Part shown: in pieces, positions 35,601-47,206 of the stretch
Numbering within the stretch: position 1 is the stretch's first letter
Layout of the letters: the number at the start of each line of letters is the position of its first letter
DNA from: Eledone cirrhosa
Taxonomy: Eukaryota
Assembly (NCBI GenBank): GCA_964016885.1
Contig: OZ024741.1
Span: forward strand, 202,492,001-202,556,000
Reading direction: 5' to 3'
Length of the DNA: 64,000 nt
Made by a program: the position numbers and the translations under genes
The notes under the pieces: generated by a model
Told to the model about the DNA's origin: nothing
What the model saw: the letters and a program-made list of their open reading frames with translations, nothing else
Database searches by the model: none

Positions 35601-37423
35601 CTTAAACACTACCTGTCATACGCATATTGTCTCAGTTGACTGGTTCCACAATGCAGTCAGGATGTGAGGACAACTTGAAGGCTTGATATACAATGAAGTT
35701 TTGTATCAAGCTGGGCATAAACTGTGTAGAAACCTACGAAATGGTCAAAACTGCTTATGGACTAACTTTCATAAGCTGGGCAATTGTTTTCTGCTGGCAC
35801 AGGAGGGCAGGTGGAAGGTAAGGGATGACGAGAGGTGTGGCAGGGAGAGGGACAGCAGGATGACAAAGCTGGTCGACAAAATTCGCAAATTTCTGGATGA
35901 GGACCGCTAAGCATTTCTTCTGATGATTCTTAAACAATTTGAAGTGACTGAGGGCACTGAACAGTCATTCATGATGATCTGAACATGCGCAAAGTTTGTT
36001 CCCATGTACGCAATTAAGCTCAAAGGCTGAGGTACGTTGATGACAGCAAGATGATCCAGTGGATCACTTCAAATCCAAGTGTCCTTGAGTCTCTGGTAAC
36101 CTATGACAAGAGCTGGGTCTACTTTTGTGATCTAGAGACCAAGAGACAAGGTGCCAGTAGAAACATTCTGATTCTCCAAGACCCAAGAAGGCCAGGTAAA
36201 GCATGTCCACTGGGAACTCATGATGATCCCATTCTTTGATAGCAAGGGCATCTACATCCACTGGGTTCCCCACGGCCAGACAGTCAACAAAGAGTACTAT
36301 ATAGAAGTTTTTAAGCATTTCAGAAAGAGGCTTCATTGCAAGAAACCAGAACTCATCAAGTATGGCCGGTGACACCTGCACCAGGACAAATCCATCCTGG
36401 CGACTAACTACTTGGCTGATATGGGCATCAAGACTGTCCTTCATCCCCTCTGCAGTCCTGACTTAGCCCCATGTGACTGCTTCATGTTCCTGAACCTGAA
36501 GGAGAAGCTTAGAAGTATCCACTTTGAAGATGTGGAGATGGAGGAGGCTGTGACAAGCACCCTGGACAGCTTCACTTTGGAGGACTACAAGGGAGCCTTC
36601 CAGAAGTGGCTGCTGCACTGCAACAAGGGTGACTAGAGTTTTCTGTTGATCTGAGTTAAATAAATGGCTCTCTGATAAAAGTTTCAAAACCTCTTGAGTG
36701 TACCTCATATGTTCTGCTTGTATGCTCTGCTTTTGGCTTGGTTTCTATGATTGGATGCCCTCCCTAATGCCAATCACTTTACAGCACTTACTGAGAGCAT
36801 TTTATCATGACTCGAGCACTACTATCTTACAGGATAAACTGGGTACTTTTCATTGTGGCACTGGCACTGCCGAATTACAGCATGAGAGTTCTCAATGTCC
36901 TTGATCTGGCTGGATAATCATGGGTGGGGTTAAAGATGCATAGGCACTGTACTGTGGGTGAGGAATTGCTAGATCAGAGGGTGACCTTGAAGCAAGTAGA
37001 TGGTAACTGACGTGGGATGTGCCTGGCTTTCTTTGTTGGCTTAAATGATGGTGGTGCTAGCTCTATGCGACTTCCTGGGGAGTGAGGGGAGAAGTGTAAT
37101 CTCACAAGAGTGCCCTTGAAGCATGAGGACAGTGTCTGACAGTGGGATGTGCCTAGATTGGAGGAGAAAAGTGAGTCAGGATAGTAAATATAAAAAGGGG
37201 AAGGTCATGTGTTGGGTGGGGAAGGTGAATTAAGTAAGGTCCATCCTCGCTTTCCATGTTAGCATGTGATGGACAAGAAAAGGAATAACCCTTTCTTTAC
37301 CACATTTCTAAGGAAATTCACTGCCTACAGTTTCCAAATAATTTTGAAAATCAATAACTAATTTCATATTTATTTGGTGGTTGGAACATAACTTATCAAA
37401 GTGCTCTTATATAAAAATATAAT

Positions 37424-37737
37424 TGTTTCTACTTTTGTCACAAGGCCAGCAATTACCCAGTGCATTACTGGTACTTTATTTTATCGACCCCGTAAGGATG
37501 AAAGGCAAAGTTAACCTATATATATATATATATAGCTCTTATATAAAAATATAATTGTTTCTACTTTTGGCACAAGGCCAGCAATTACCCAGTGTATTAC
37601 TGGTACTTTATTTTATCGACCCCATAAGGATGAAAGGCAAAGTTAACCTCGGCGGGATTTGAACTCAGAATGGCAAGGGCCGTAACTCTATGCGTCAAAG
37701 CATGGCGTCCGACCCTCTACCGATACTGCCAATCCAC
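37424..37737 (-). mobile_element. Truncated SINE + (TA)n followed by a second, fuller SINE found only in copy 2
   Basis: 37556-37737 is absent at the matching position 12081 in copy 1; short ATAAT duplication. Confidence 0.85.
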
Positions 37738-38979
37738 ATAATGGAGGATTTTTAGATAAATATAAACACCATAAATAAACAGTTTTGTGTCATAGAACCA
37801 AATTGGTTCTATGATATTTGGTTTCATGAGGGTTAAGCAAAGTTAGACATTTCTTTAAAATGTCCTTGTTTAAAAAATAATGTATATAGTATTATATTGA
37901 CACAGTATTGTGATGATTGGTGATACACCATACTATAAAAGACCTGCTCACCAATACATTTTGATAACTGGTGACTCTCCATGCTAGAAAAGTACATACT
38001 GTAGAAGCACTGACTCTAAATGTGAGATATTGGAGACATGGAATTAAGGGGTCCATTTTTGCTTGCAGTGAACAGTATAACCTAATAGAATGTACTTGAT
38101 ACCCCCTGTAACCAAGTCGACATGGTGGAGAGGACCCTTTGGCCTTGTCAAGGACTTGACAAAGTCTCCAGTACTAGTGCTACGATAAAATGCTACCAGT
38201 AAATCTGTAAAGTATAAAATGCTCCCAGTACACTCTGTAAAATATAAAATGCTCCCAGCTACGCTAAACATCATCAGCATCATCATTTTATGCCTACTTT
38301 CTTCTTTGGTAAGGTTTGTGTGGGTCATCAAGGTTGAAGACAAGACTGATAGGAGAACCACATCTTCCTCATACATTTAATATTTAACATGATTTTTGCA
38401 GCTAGGAACATTTTATTGTTGTACCAGAACTTTGTAGAGTCAAATGGGTGCATTTTATTGTTGTGGCAGCAACACTAACATCACCAGAACTAGAGACGTG
38501 GTCATATACTCAGCTTAACTAAGGGTCCTCTTTACACTATATTTTCTTTGTTCCATCAAATCCAATTAATCCATAAAATATCATATGTCAGAACTACCAT
38601 TGTATTGACTTTACAAAACATCAATGAAGTTGATAGAGACAATGTGAAACTGACTTCAGTATTTTGCCTTATGTAGTTTTGGAATCATTGTGAGTTGAAT
38701 TTATGTTAAGCTAATATAAAAACAAAGTACCAGTCTTCTCTTTATTATAAACCTCTAGGCCATACCATAATTTTAAGTGGTCTTAAATTCAACTCAATGA
38801 TTCCAAAACTACATAAGGTAAAATACTGAAGTCAGTTTCACATTGTCTCTATCAACTTCATTGATGTTTTGTAAAGTCAATACAATGGTAGTTCTGACAT
38901 ATGATATTTGTCTCTTGAAACTCCTGTATGCTGATAACCTTATTCAGTAGTTTCAGATATGGAAGCAAAATAAGAAATA

Positions 38980-41750
38980 TCATGATCATCATCGATTAAC
39001 ATCTATCTTCCACGCTAGCATGGGTTGGATAATTCCCATCGCTCATATAGGGGTGTTTCTGGCTGGATGCCCTTCCTAATGCCAACCACATTGACAGTGT
39101 GGGTTGGGTGCTTTTTGCCGTGTCTTTTAGACGTCCACTTTACAGTGTGGGCTGGGTACTTTTTGCTGTGTCATTTACGCGCCCACTTTACAGTGTGGGC
39201 TGGGAGAGGGGACCTGACATATGCTTCAGCTTGTGCTCATGGGAAGTCGGGTCTTCTGTATTACTGCATATCGCCAGAGATCCCGGTCATCTCATCTGAG
39301 AGGTACAATTGGGCAAGGTCAGCTTTTATCACCTCATCCCAGGTCTCCCCACTCCAAGGCATCCAACAACTTTGAGCACTCTGCACTTTTTTATGCAGCT
39401 GTCATATGCAACACATGTCCATACCAATGCAATCTCCTCTCCAGCACACAGCATTTGATTCTTCTTATGCCTAGTTTCTCTCTCAGTTCATTTATGCGTT
39501 GCTGTTCTCGCATATTACTATTACACATCCATCGCAACAAGCAGGCTTCATTTCTTTCCAATCTATGCAAGTCTTCTGCACACAGCGCCCAAGTCTCACT
39601 ACTATGTAACATAGCTGTACATGCGTACGCATCATACTGTCTGCCTTTCATTCTGAGGGAGAAGCCTTTTGTAGCCAGCAGTGGTAGTAGCTCCCTGAAC
39701 TTCTTCCACCCCGTTCTTACTCTGGCTACTGTACTTTCAGAACACCCACCACCACTGCTAATTTGGTCACCTAAGTAGCAGAAGCTATCTACTGTTTCTA
39801 CAGAGCCCTCTGAGAATTTGGTAGCACTTGTTTCCTGGTTACTGTTCCAGTGCAACTGCCACATGTAAAGCCTACATTCTTTGCTAAACTTCCTGAGATC
39901 CCACTACATCTCTTGTGTACCTACATTCTGCATATTGGGCAGAGGATGGAATTTCTACCAACGCCTTTCCTACATACTGGACAAAGCCATCTCCCTGAGG
40001 GGATCTGGATTCTATTTTCTCTTCTACTTACTATGACCTTAGTCTTTGTCAGGTTGATTTTAAGACCCCTTCTTTCTAGGCCCTGCTTCCATGTTTGGAA
40101 TTGCTTCTCTAGTTCCATCATGGATTTAACTATGAGCGTAAGATCTGTTATAGCTTGCAAAACGATAATAAACATGTTAAGAACAGAGCCCTGGTGGACG
40201 CCAACTTGTACACTAAATTCCTTGATGTAGTCATTGTTAATCCTCACTGCTCCTCTATACATGGCTTGTACAGCCTTCACAAGCCACTCATCTATTCCTA
40301 GTTTTCTAAGAGCCTACCAAATTATGTCGCGGGGCACTCTGTTGAAAGCTTTCTCCAGATCAACAAATGTTAGGTAGAGAGGCTTACTTTTAGCTAGGTA
40401 TTTTTCTTGTAACTGTCTCACAAGGAAAGGGCATGTGGTGCTTTTGCTTGGCACAAATCCAAACTGCATCTCATCTAGATTTACCGTCCCTAATCAACTG
40501 TGCTATGACTCTTTCTGTTACTTTCATTACCAGGTCCATCAGTTTTATACCTCTATCTAGCGCATCCTCTTTACCCTTATAGCAATTGACAATGATGCTG
40601 CTGCTGCTGCACCACTCATATGGTATGACACCATCCAGTATTACTTGGTTTACAATATGCGTGGTTATGGTGTGTCCGACTGACCCAGATGCTTTCAGCA
40701 TCTCAGGAAGTATTCCTGATGGACCAGCTGCTTTCCCAGTTTTCATATCCTTAATTGCCTTACTAACTACACTGCTACTGCTGGGCTTTCAATGGGGTCT
40801 GCTTGGCGTATTGTCTCTTTCTCCCATACATTCTCCTCATTCAGTAATCTTTCATAATAGGTCTTCCATGCTTTCTTCTCAGCATCTGTGAGGGCAAGTG
40901 CACTTTTATCATCCCAGACACACTTCTCACCGATGACATTGCAATTTTCACGAACACACTGCCTCGCAATCCTGAACACCTCCTGTTTCTGGTCCTCACG
41001 CTGCAAAACATGCTTGAATTTTTTATCCTGCACTTCCCTTCCAGCAAAGTATACTAGCTTCGCTCCTGGTCTCTATGTAATGTATCCTGCTACCCCCATT
41101 GATTCCATGCTTGTCTCTTGGCTTTAATTGCTTCGTCTACTTTATCGTTCCACCACCAAGTCACTCTCTTTCTCCCCGTAGTCTTGCCACAACCACAGAT
41201 CTCGTCGGACGCTTTTAGTAGGTCATTTTTTAGGAACTCCCAGTGCTCTTCTAAATTGAATGTCTCTATCTGTCCTTCTCTACTGTCATAGGTGTCAAGT
41301 AAAATATCTCTGAATTTGTCTCTGGTTGAGGGATCTTTCAGCTTCCAGATCTTTCTTCTCCAGGTTGCCTTTTGTTTCAAAGTTCGTCTAGCTCTGACAG
41401 TGAGGTCACTGACAGCTAGGCTGTGTTGGAAGGTACATTCCTCTCCCGGGAAGGCTTTTGTGTTTACAACCATCCACCTATCTCGTCCTCTGGTAAGGAT
41501 AAAATCTATCTGGCTAGTGATCTATAGGTGATCAGGTGGTTGTTGGGTATTTTGAAGTTAGTGTTACATATCGACTGGTCATTGGCATCGCAAAATTCTA
41601 GAAGCCTGTAACCTTCTTCATTTCTTACGCCAAACCCATAGCCTCCATGGACTCTATAGAAGGCATCACTGTTTCCCAACGTATCCGTTAAAGTCCCCTG
41701 CAATAAGTAGGAAGTCATTGCCCTTTGTTAGAGTGGTAGTGTGCATTAGG
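38980..41750 (-). mobile_element. Decayed, nearly full-length RTE-clade LINE related to the intact element
   Basis: Fragmented ORFs cover APE (HGGYGFGVRNEEG), linker (TWWWNDKV), RT (GVHQGSVL) and the PHD remnant WLCPVCRKGVGRNSILCPIC. Confidence 0.9.
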
Positions 41751-42270
41751 GACTCGTATTTATCTATATTCAATATTCACTAAGCTCACCCTACTTTACT
41801 GCTCATCATCTCACTATTGACATCTACCACTCTCTTATAACCTCTCATCTATTGCTACCCAACAATATATAGATATTTATATGTCAATCCTTCCTGTAAT
41901 TAAAGTTGATTAATTTAACCAGATCTTAATGAAGCTTGTTTTCTAATTTTATCATAATTGTATATTACAATATGACATTACATTGTGTGAGCTTATCTAC
42001 AATTAAGTGTTTGGAGAGTGTGACGAGTTTCTGGAGTTTTCAGTCATTATCACTGTTAGAAGTACCCTATTAATCTGTTGTTTTTATTTGTACTATTGTG
42101 CCATGGAAAGAGAAGAGTGCGACATTGATGCATCCAAAATCCTATTTGAGGGTTTCATCAAAGTAAAAGTGAAATATCCGGACTGAAGATTGAAAACTGA
42201 ATCATAAATAATGAAATGTACACAATTTCTGTTTCTGTGGAAAGAATGGAATAAGCCTATTTTGTGTATA

Positions 42271-43314
42271 CAGGGTGTAACAGGTAAATTGGGACCATTT
42301 AAATAACTTTATTACAATTGGTATAACTTGGAAAAATCGAACACTGCAAATTTTATGTTTATGCCAATTTATTGTGGAGTGTTTAACACTTATTTCAGTT
42401 CAATGTGACTGCCACTTGCTTTTTTTACCAGTTTAATCCATTTTTGAAATGATGCGCATTCCTTAAGTATTTCTTCGTTTTTCATTTTACCAAATGCTTG
42501 CTTGATCAAAGCTTTCAGTGAAGACACACAGTTGTGAGAAGTTGCGTTGGATATTGCTGCAACTGCGCCCCATAGCCAAAAACCACATGGATTCAAATCT
42601 GGTGAGCTAGAGCACCAGATATCTTTAGGGACAAAAATGAGCAATTCCTTCTTCAAAATCTCTTGCACTCTTTTCGAATGGGCAGGCATTGAGTTCTGTA
42701 CAACCATGACTCAACTTTCATCATAATGCTTCCTAATCCAAGGCAACAAAACTTCTAAGATTTTGAGATACTCTGTTGTGTTGATTTAAAGACCCGCTTC
42801 AATAAAATGAGGAGGCATCACTTGCAACAGCCCCAAAGACCAAAGTTAGGGCATTATGGTGTCTCCTCACATATGATGGCCTAGAAATGGTCATTTTACT
42901 GATTCCTCAATCTTGAGCCAACTTCGCCATTGATTTTGATGGGTTTGACTTAATCGATCTTTTAAGTCCTGCTAAGAAGCGAAGTGTGCATTTTTTATCA
43001 CTGCGAGGACTATGAGACTTTCTGTGAACATCCTGACTTTTCTTCAAATTTGCTACAACTCTAAAAGCAATAGATCTGGCATACTTTGTGGCTCAAACAA
43101 TCTCCCCAGCACTTTTGCTGGCGCGGAATAATTCGGCAATTACACTTCTATGGTTTAATTCATTATTAACATTCATAATTTGTTCAATCTGAAATAAAAA
43201 ATAGTACAAGTGATTGTTCAAGCTGGTAATATTTAGAATTTAGACTCCAACAAAATCTATATAATTAGAAATATAGCCATTTGATACTTGTCCCAATTTA
43301 CCTGTTACACTCTG
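42271..43314 (-). mobile_element. Tc1/mariner-superfamily fossil (maT/DD37D-like)
   Basis: TA-flanked TIRs CAGGGTGTAACAGGTAAATTGGGAC / GTCCCAATTTACCTGTTACACTCTG; peptide QNSMPAHSKRVQ...WCSSSPDLNPCGFWLWG. Confidence 0.88.
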
Positions 43315-43462
43315 TAAACACTGCCGCAATAATAGTGACGTACTGTCTGTGTACATACTCTGTTAGCGAAACTGAAAAAATAAGTTGTGAATACAATTTT
43401 CATTACATTTAGAAGTTTCCTAGTTTAATAACGCTTTTTATTATTTTTGTATAAAAATAACA

Positions 43463-43502
43463 ATAATGAAATTATTGTGTACAGTGCTCAGGTGCACTAC
43501 AA
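43463..43502 (-). mobile_element. 40-bp 3'-terminal stub of the CR1-like LINE seen at 57032-57641
   Basis: Near-exact reverse complement of TTGTAGTGCACCTGAGCACTTTACACAATAATTTCATTATT (57602-57642). Confidence 0.65.
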
Positions 43503-43889
43503 ATATATTCCATTACATATAACCGCGTCTATTTATCTATTGTAAGTACTGCTCGAGTCCCACCATTTAAGTACTCTTTCTACTTGTAGCAACAACAAGT
43601 TTACAAAATCTAATTTCGTTTCAGTTTTCGATTTTCTATCTGGAAATTCCATATTTTACTATTATGTAACCCTCAAGTAGGACATAGCTCTCATGTAATC
43701 CACTTATTTCGCTATGCTGTCTCTGTCCATCTAATATTTTCCTGTCATTTTGTCACTTTGTCCTGATTTGTCATATATAACTGCAAATACCTAACAGCCA
43801 CTCAATAAACATGTTAAGGGAGAATTTTACCGAGGACTTATAACGTAAAAAAAATCGAAGGAACGGGACGACGCTTCCGTGCCATTGGC

Positions 43890-44080
43890 ATGAACCCTTC
43901 TCTACTTCGGTCTTCGAGTGTTCGAAAATTTACTACTAACACCGAAATCTGCATCTGCGGTCGGCTTCACCCGGACTCGAACCTGCGGGCTTCTCCTACT
44001 CGACCAGGCATATAAAAGTTTCTTTTTCTTCGTCTACAGCCTGTCCTGTTCGGCCGCTCATTCCAGCGTCATCCATTTTC
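43890..44080 (-). pseudogene. Degenerate internal fragment of 28S rRNA
   Basis: Minus strand reads GAAAATGGATGACGCTGGA...CGAGTAGGAG...CCGGGTGAAGCCGACCGCAGATGCAGATTTCGGTGTTAGTAGTAAAT...GACCGAAGTAGAGAAGGGTTCAT, colinear with the conserved LSU blocks GAAAATGGATGGCGCT, GCAGATCTTGGTGGTAGTAGCAAAT and CCGAAGTGGAGAAGGGTTCCAT recalled from memory. Confidence 0.75.
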
Positions 44081-44149
44081 GCGAATATAAGCGGCTGAAA
44101 TGGAGTCCGCCGAAGGATCTTTGGAGTAACGTTACTGGATTAAGCGCAT

Positions 44150-44430
44150 AGTTGGGAGATCAGAGAATAGCAACTTCTCCGAATAGAGAGATCACAGCTC
44201 CAATATTACGGACATGTGGTTAGAATGTCTCAGGAAATAATCGTTGGACAGATTTTAAGAGCAAAACCAACCGGCAGGAGTAGACCCCAAGCAAGATCGT
44301 TTCATAACATCCACGAGGTCGGCTGGTCTCGCTTGGCCATCCAGCCGGATCAGTTGCTTCTGACAGGACCTGTTGGAAGGCGTGCTTCAGGACTCTGCCC
44401 CGACGACTCTCGTAGGAAAAGGGGGTGAAA
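44150..44430 (+). mobile_element. 3' fragment of a different RTE-clade LINE
   Basis: LLRIERSQLQYYGHVVRMSQE...AKPTGRSRP is a typical RTE C-terminus. Confidence 0.65.
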
Positions 44431-44482
44431 AGAGTTAGACTTCTATAACGTAGAAATTCTTCTTTCGACCCCACTTCTTCGA

Positions 44483-44711
44483 TGTTGCAGTATGTCTTAT
44501 CACATGACTTAATCTGACCAATCAAAATCTAATAATCCCATTTCTGCAGTCCGGTACCAAATCTTGCCATTTTGATAACTTTAATACAATTTTGTTTCTT
44601 TCATTTCTTCATCTCTTTTTAAAAAGAATTTATTAAAATGTGAAAAGTAATTATTTCTGCTTACGACGGTCTTCTACACAGTTTTCCTGTACAAAATTCC
44701 ATTCACAAGGT
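44483..44711 (+). promoter_or_regulatory. Putative promoter and first non-coding exon of ZNF gene 3
   Basis: Paralog of 15761-16021: CTGACCAAT at 44514-44522, donor CACAAG|GTATAT at 44710; similarity continues ~230 bp beyond the donor. Confidence 0.55.
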
Positions 44712-45029
44712 ATATATCATTTTTATACATTCCTGTAACATTAATTTATAATATTCACGCCTGTTGTTGATATCTTTCGTAAGTTGTTTCGAATAAATAA
44801 AAGTTGTTTATTATATTTCATTTTAAGAACATCTTGCACATAAACACAATTTATAGAATAAATATGATTTACGAAAGAAACAAATCACTAAAAACTCTGA
44901 GAAAAAAACGGGAGAAGAAATACACACTTAATTATACACTGCATAACAGTGACTGATGGCGAGGCTCTGCAATAGCCAATCACGCTCCCAAGGTGCTTGA
45001 TCTGAAACTTCACTAAACTACAAAAATAC

Positions 45030-46670
45030 GAGTGGTTAAGATGTTCATCATCCCTCATGTTCCTGTTGCTTTGTTTGTCTAACCATACTGCTGCTGATTA
45101 CATCTTGATTTTCCCTGACACTGTTTTGCAATATTGAACACCTCACATCTTTGGTGCTCAAGGTGCACACATTTCTTGTTTTCCTCTCTTTGCAGAATGT
45201 AATTTTCGCCTAGCTTCTAGGCTTCCCCTGTTTTGCCAGTATTTTTAAGTCTGTTTCTTTGCTTTGATTGTTTCATCCACATTACTATTCTACCACTAAG
45301 CCACTCTCTTCTAGGGACTTCACTGTAGCCACAGATCTTTTCTGTGGCATTCAGCAAATTATTTCTCATGAAGTCACATTGTTCTCTTCCAGATTGTCAA
45401 GCAAAACACTTCTATATTCATTGTTAACTAACTTTGCTGACCGCACCTCTGTACATGGCTTGTACCACCCTTATAAACCACTCATCTGGCCCTAGTTTCC
45501 TAAGATCCCATCAGCTTGTGAAACAAGAGACTCTGTCAAATGCTTTTAGTTAGGTATTTCTGCATTTGCTTCACAAGGAAAAGGGCATCAGTGGTATCTT
45601 TACCTGACACAAATCCAAGCTGCATTTCATCTACATTAACTTATTCTCTAATCAGTTGTGCTACATTTTCTGTGACTATCATGACCTGGTCCATTAACTG
45701 CTTTGCTTGTCTTTATATCCTTAATTGCCTTACTTACTACTGTTGCTGTTGACTTGTACAGCTGGTTCTTCAGTTAGATTCACTTGAGGCAGACTTATCT
45801 TCTTCCCATGCATTCTCCTCATTCATCAGTGATTGCGAGGTTAAGCTGCTGGTTTAGCCAAACACCTCCACAAGGATACTTTAGAAATTCGAGTTGTCAG
45901 TGGCAAAAGCATCAGGTAAATTTTTACAATTATACCGTCTTGTGTTGTAGGCGAAAATTATGATTTTCCCAGGGTTTTTTGGTGTGTGTTTTTTTATGAA
46001 TCTGACGTTCAAAACTATCTGAAGTTGTTCATTCATTTTTTAGCTGACTGGGGATAAGAGGGCCCCAGCGTCATCCTCTTCCCTTAACTACAAAACAAAA
46101 GATAGGAGTGGTTAAGGTTTGTCCCACCATCTCAGTAACTATTTGCAATGGCCAAGTTACTTTGCTTGACTTCATATCTTTAATTGCCTTACTTGCCCCA
46201 CTGCTGCAGACTAGGATGACTGGTCCTTCTGTTAGGTCTATTTGGTACAAACCATCTTCCTCCCATACATCCTCCTGATTCTCATAAAAGCACTCCCATG
46301 CTTCTTTCTTTTCAGCATCAGTGAAGGCAAGTGTACTACTATCATTTCAGACACATTTCTCAACATCTTGATTTTCCCTGACACACTCTCTTGCAATATT
46401 GAACACCTTATGTCTTTTTCGTTGTCATGGTAGGAAACATCCACAAATTTATTTTGTTTCCCTGCTTGCAGAGTGTACTTGTCACCTAGCTTCCTCCTGT
46501 TTTGCCAGTCTTTCTAAACCTGTTTCTTTGCTTTGTTTCATCCATTTTACTAATCCATCACCAAGCCACCCTCTTTCTCTTAATCTGTGGCATTCAGCAG
46601 ATTATTTCTCAGGAACTGCCATTATTCCTCTATATTGTAAGTCATTCCACATTGTCAAAAGCATCAAACA
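45030..46670 (-). mobile_element. Old RTE-clade remnants in the gene 3 introns
   Basis: 45430-45829 is paralogous to ~2120-2704; further decayed RTE linker pieces on either side. Confidence 0.6.
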
Positions 46671-47206
46671 AGATACCTCTAAATTTGTATAATGTAATTT
46701 TAATAAAGTATACAGTAAAGTTCTGTTGTATAGGTAAATGTTTATATCTACAGTTTATCAATATAGAAAATATGTAAAATTTCCTCTGTTGACTCTGCTT
46801 TTAACTATTCTTTATATCTTATATTGTTTCTATATTTCAGACTATCGGATGGCATTGGCATTAAACGATTTTCCACATCAACAGCATTATCAATATTTAT
46901 CATCTTTTAAAGATTAAAAGATATTAAACATATCAGATATAACCTTGTTTCTATCAATTTATGGGAAAATTAATGTAAAATATTTTTCGTAACTAAGAAT
47001 ACTGGCAACATTTCTCTTCACTGTCTCGGATATGGACAAGATGATTTTGTATTCTAATTAAACTGAGACAAATTTACAAAAGAATTTGCTACCTTCAGAT
47101 ATCAACAAAGAACACAGTGCAAAGTAACGACGAAAATATTTCCATCAATATAATCATCATCATTTTTCATGTCCACTTTTTCTTGCATAGAACAATTACG
47201 AGGAAA

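Larger units (their letters stand above)
14488..40120 (+). repeat. Tandem segmental duplication, copy 2 (inferred complete ~25.6 kb unit including promoter region)
   Basis: 22719-40120 aligns to 228-14487; the Penelope element straddling 22719 continues leftwards, so the unit extends back, most simply to the junction at 14488. Confidence 0.75.

Noticed and set aside
43960-43995. tRNA-like B box (GCAGGTTCGAGTCC on the minus strand)
   Set aside because: No cloverleaf or A box; it lies inside the 28S rRNA-like fragment.
47117-47206. 30-aa N-terminal extension of ZNF gene 3 in the ORF track
   Set aside because: Starts at GTG; the paralogs have an in-frame stop there and start at the ATG matching 47207.
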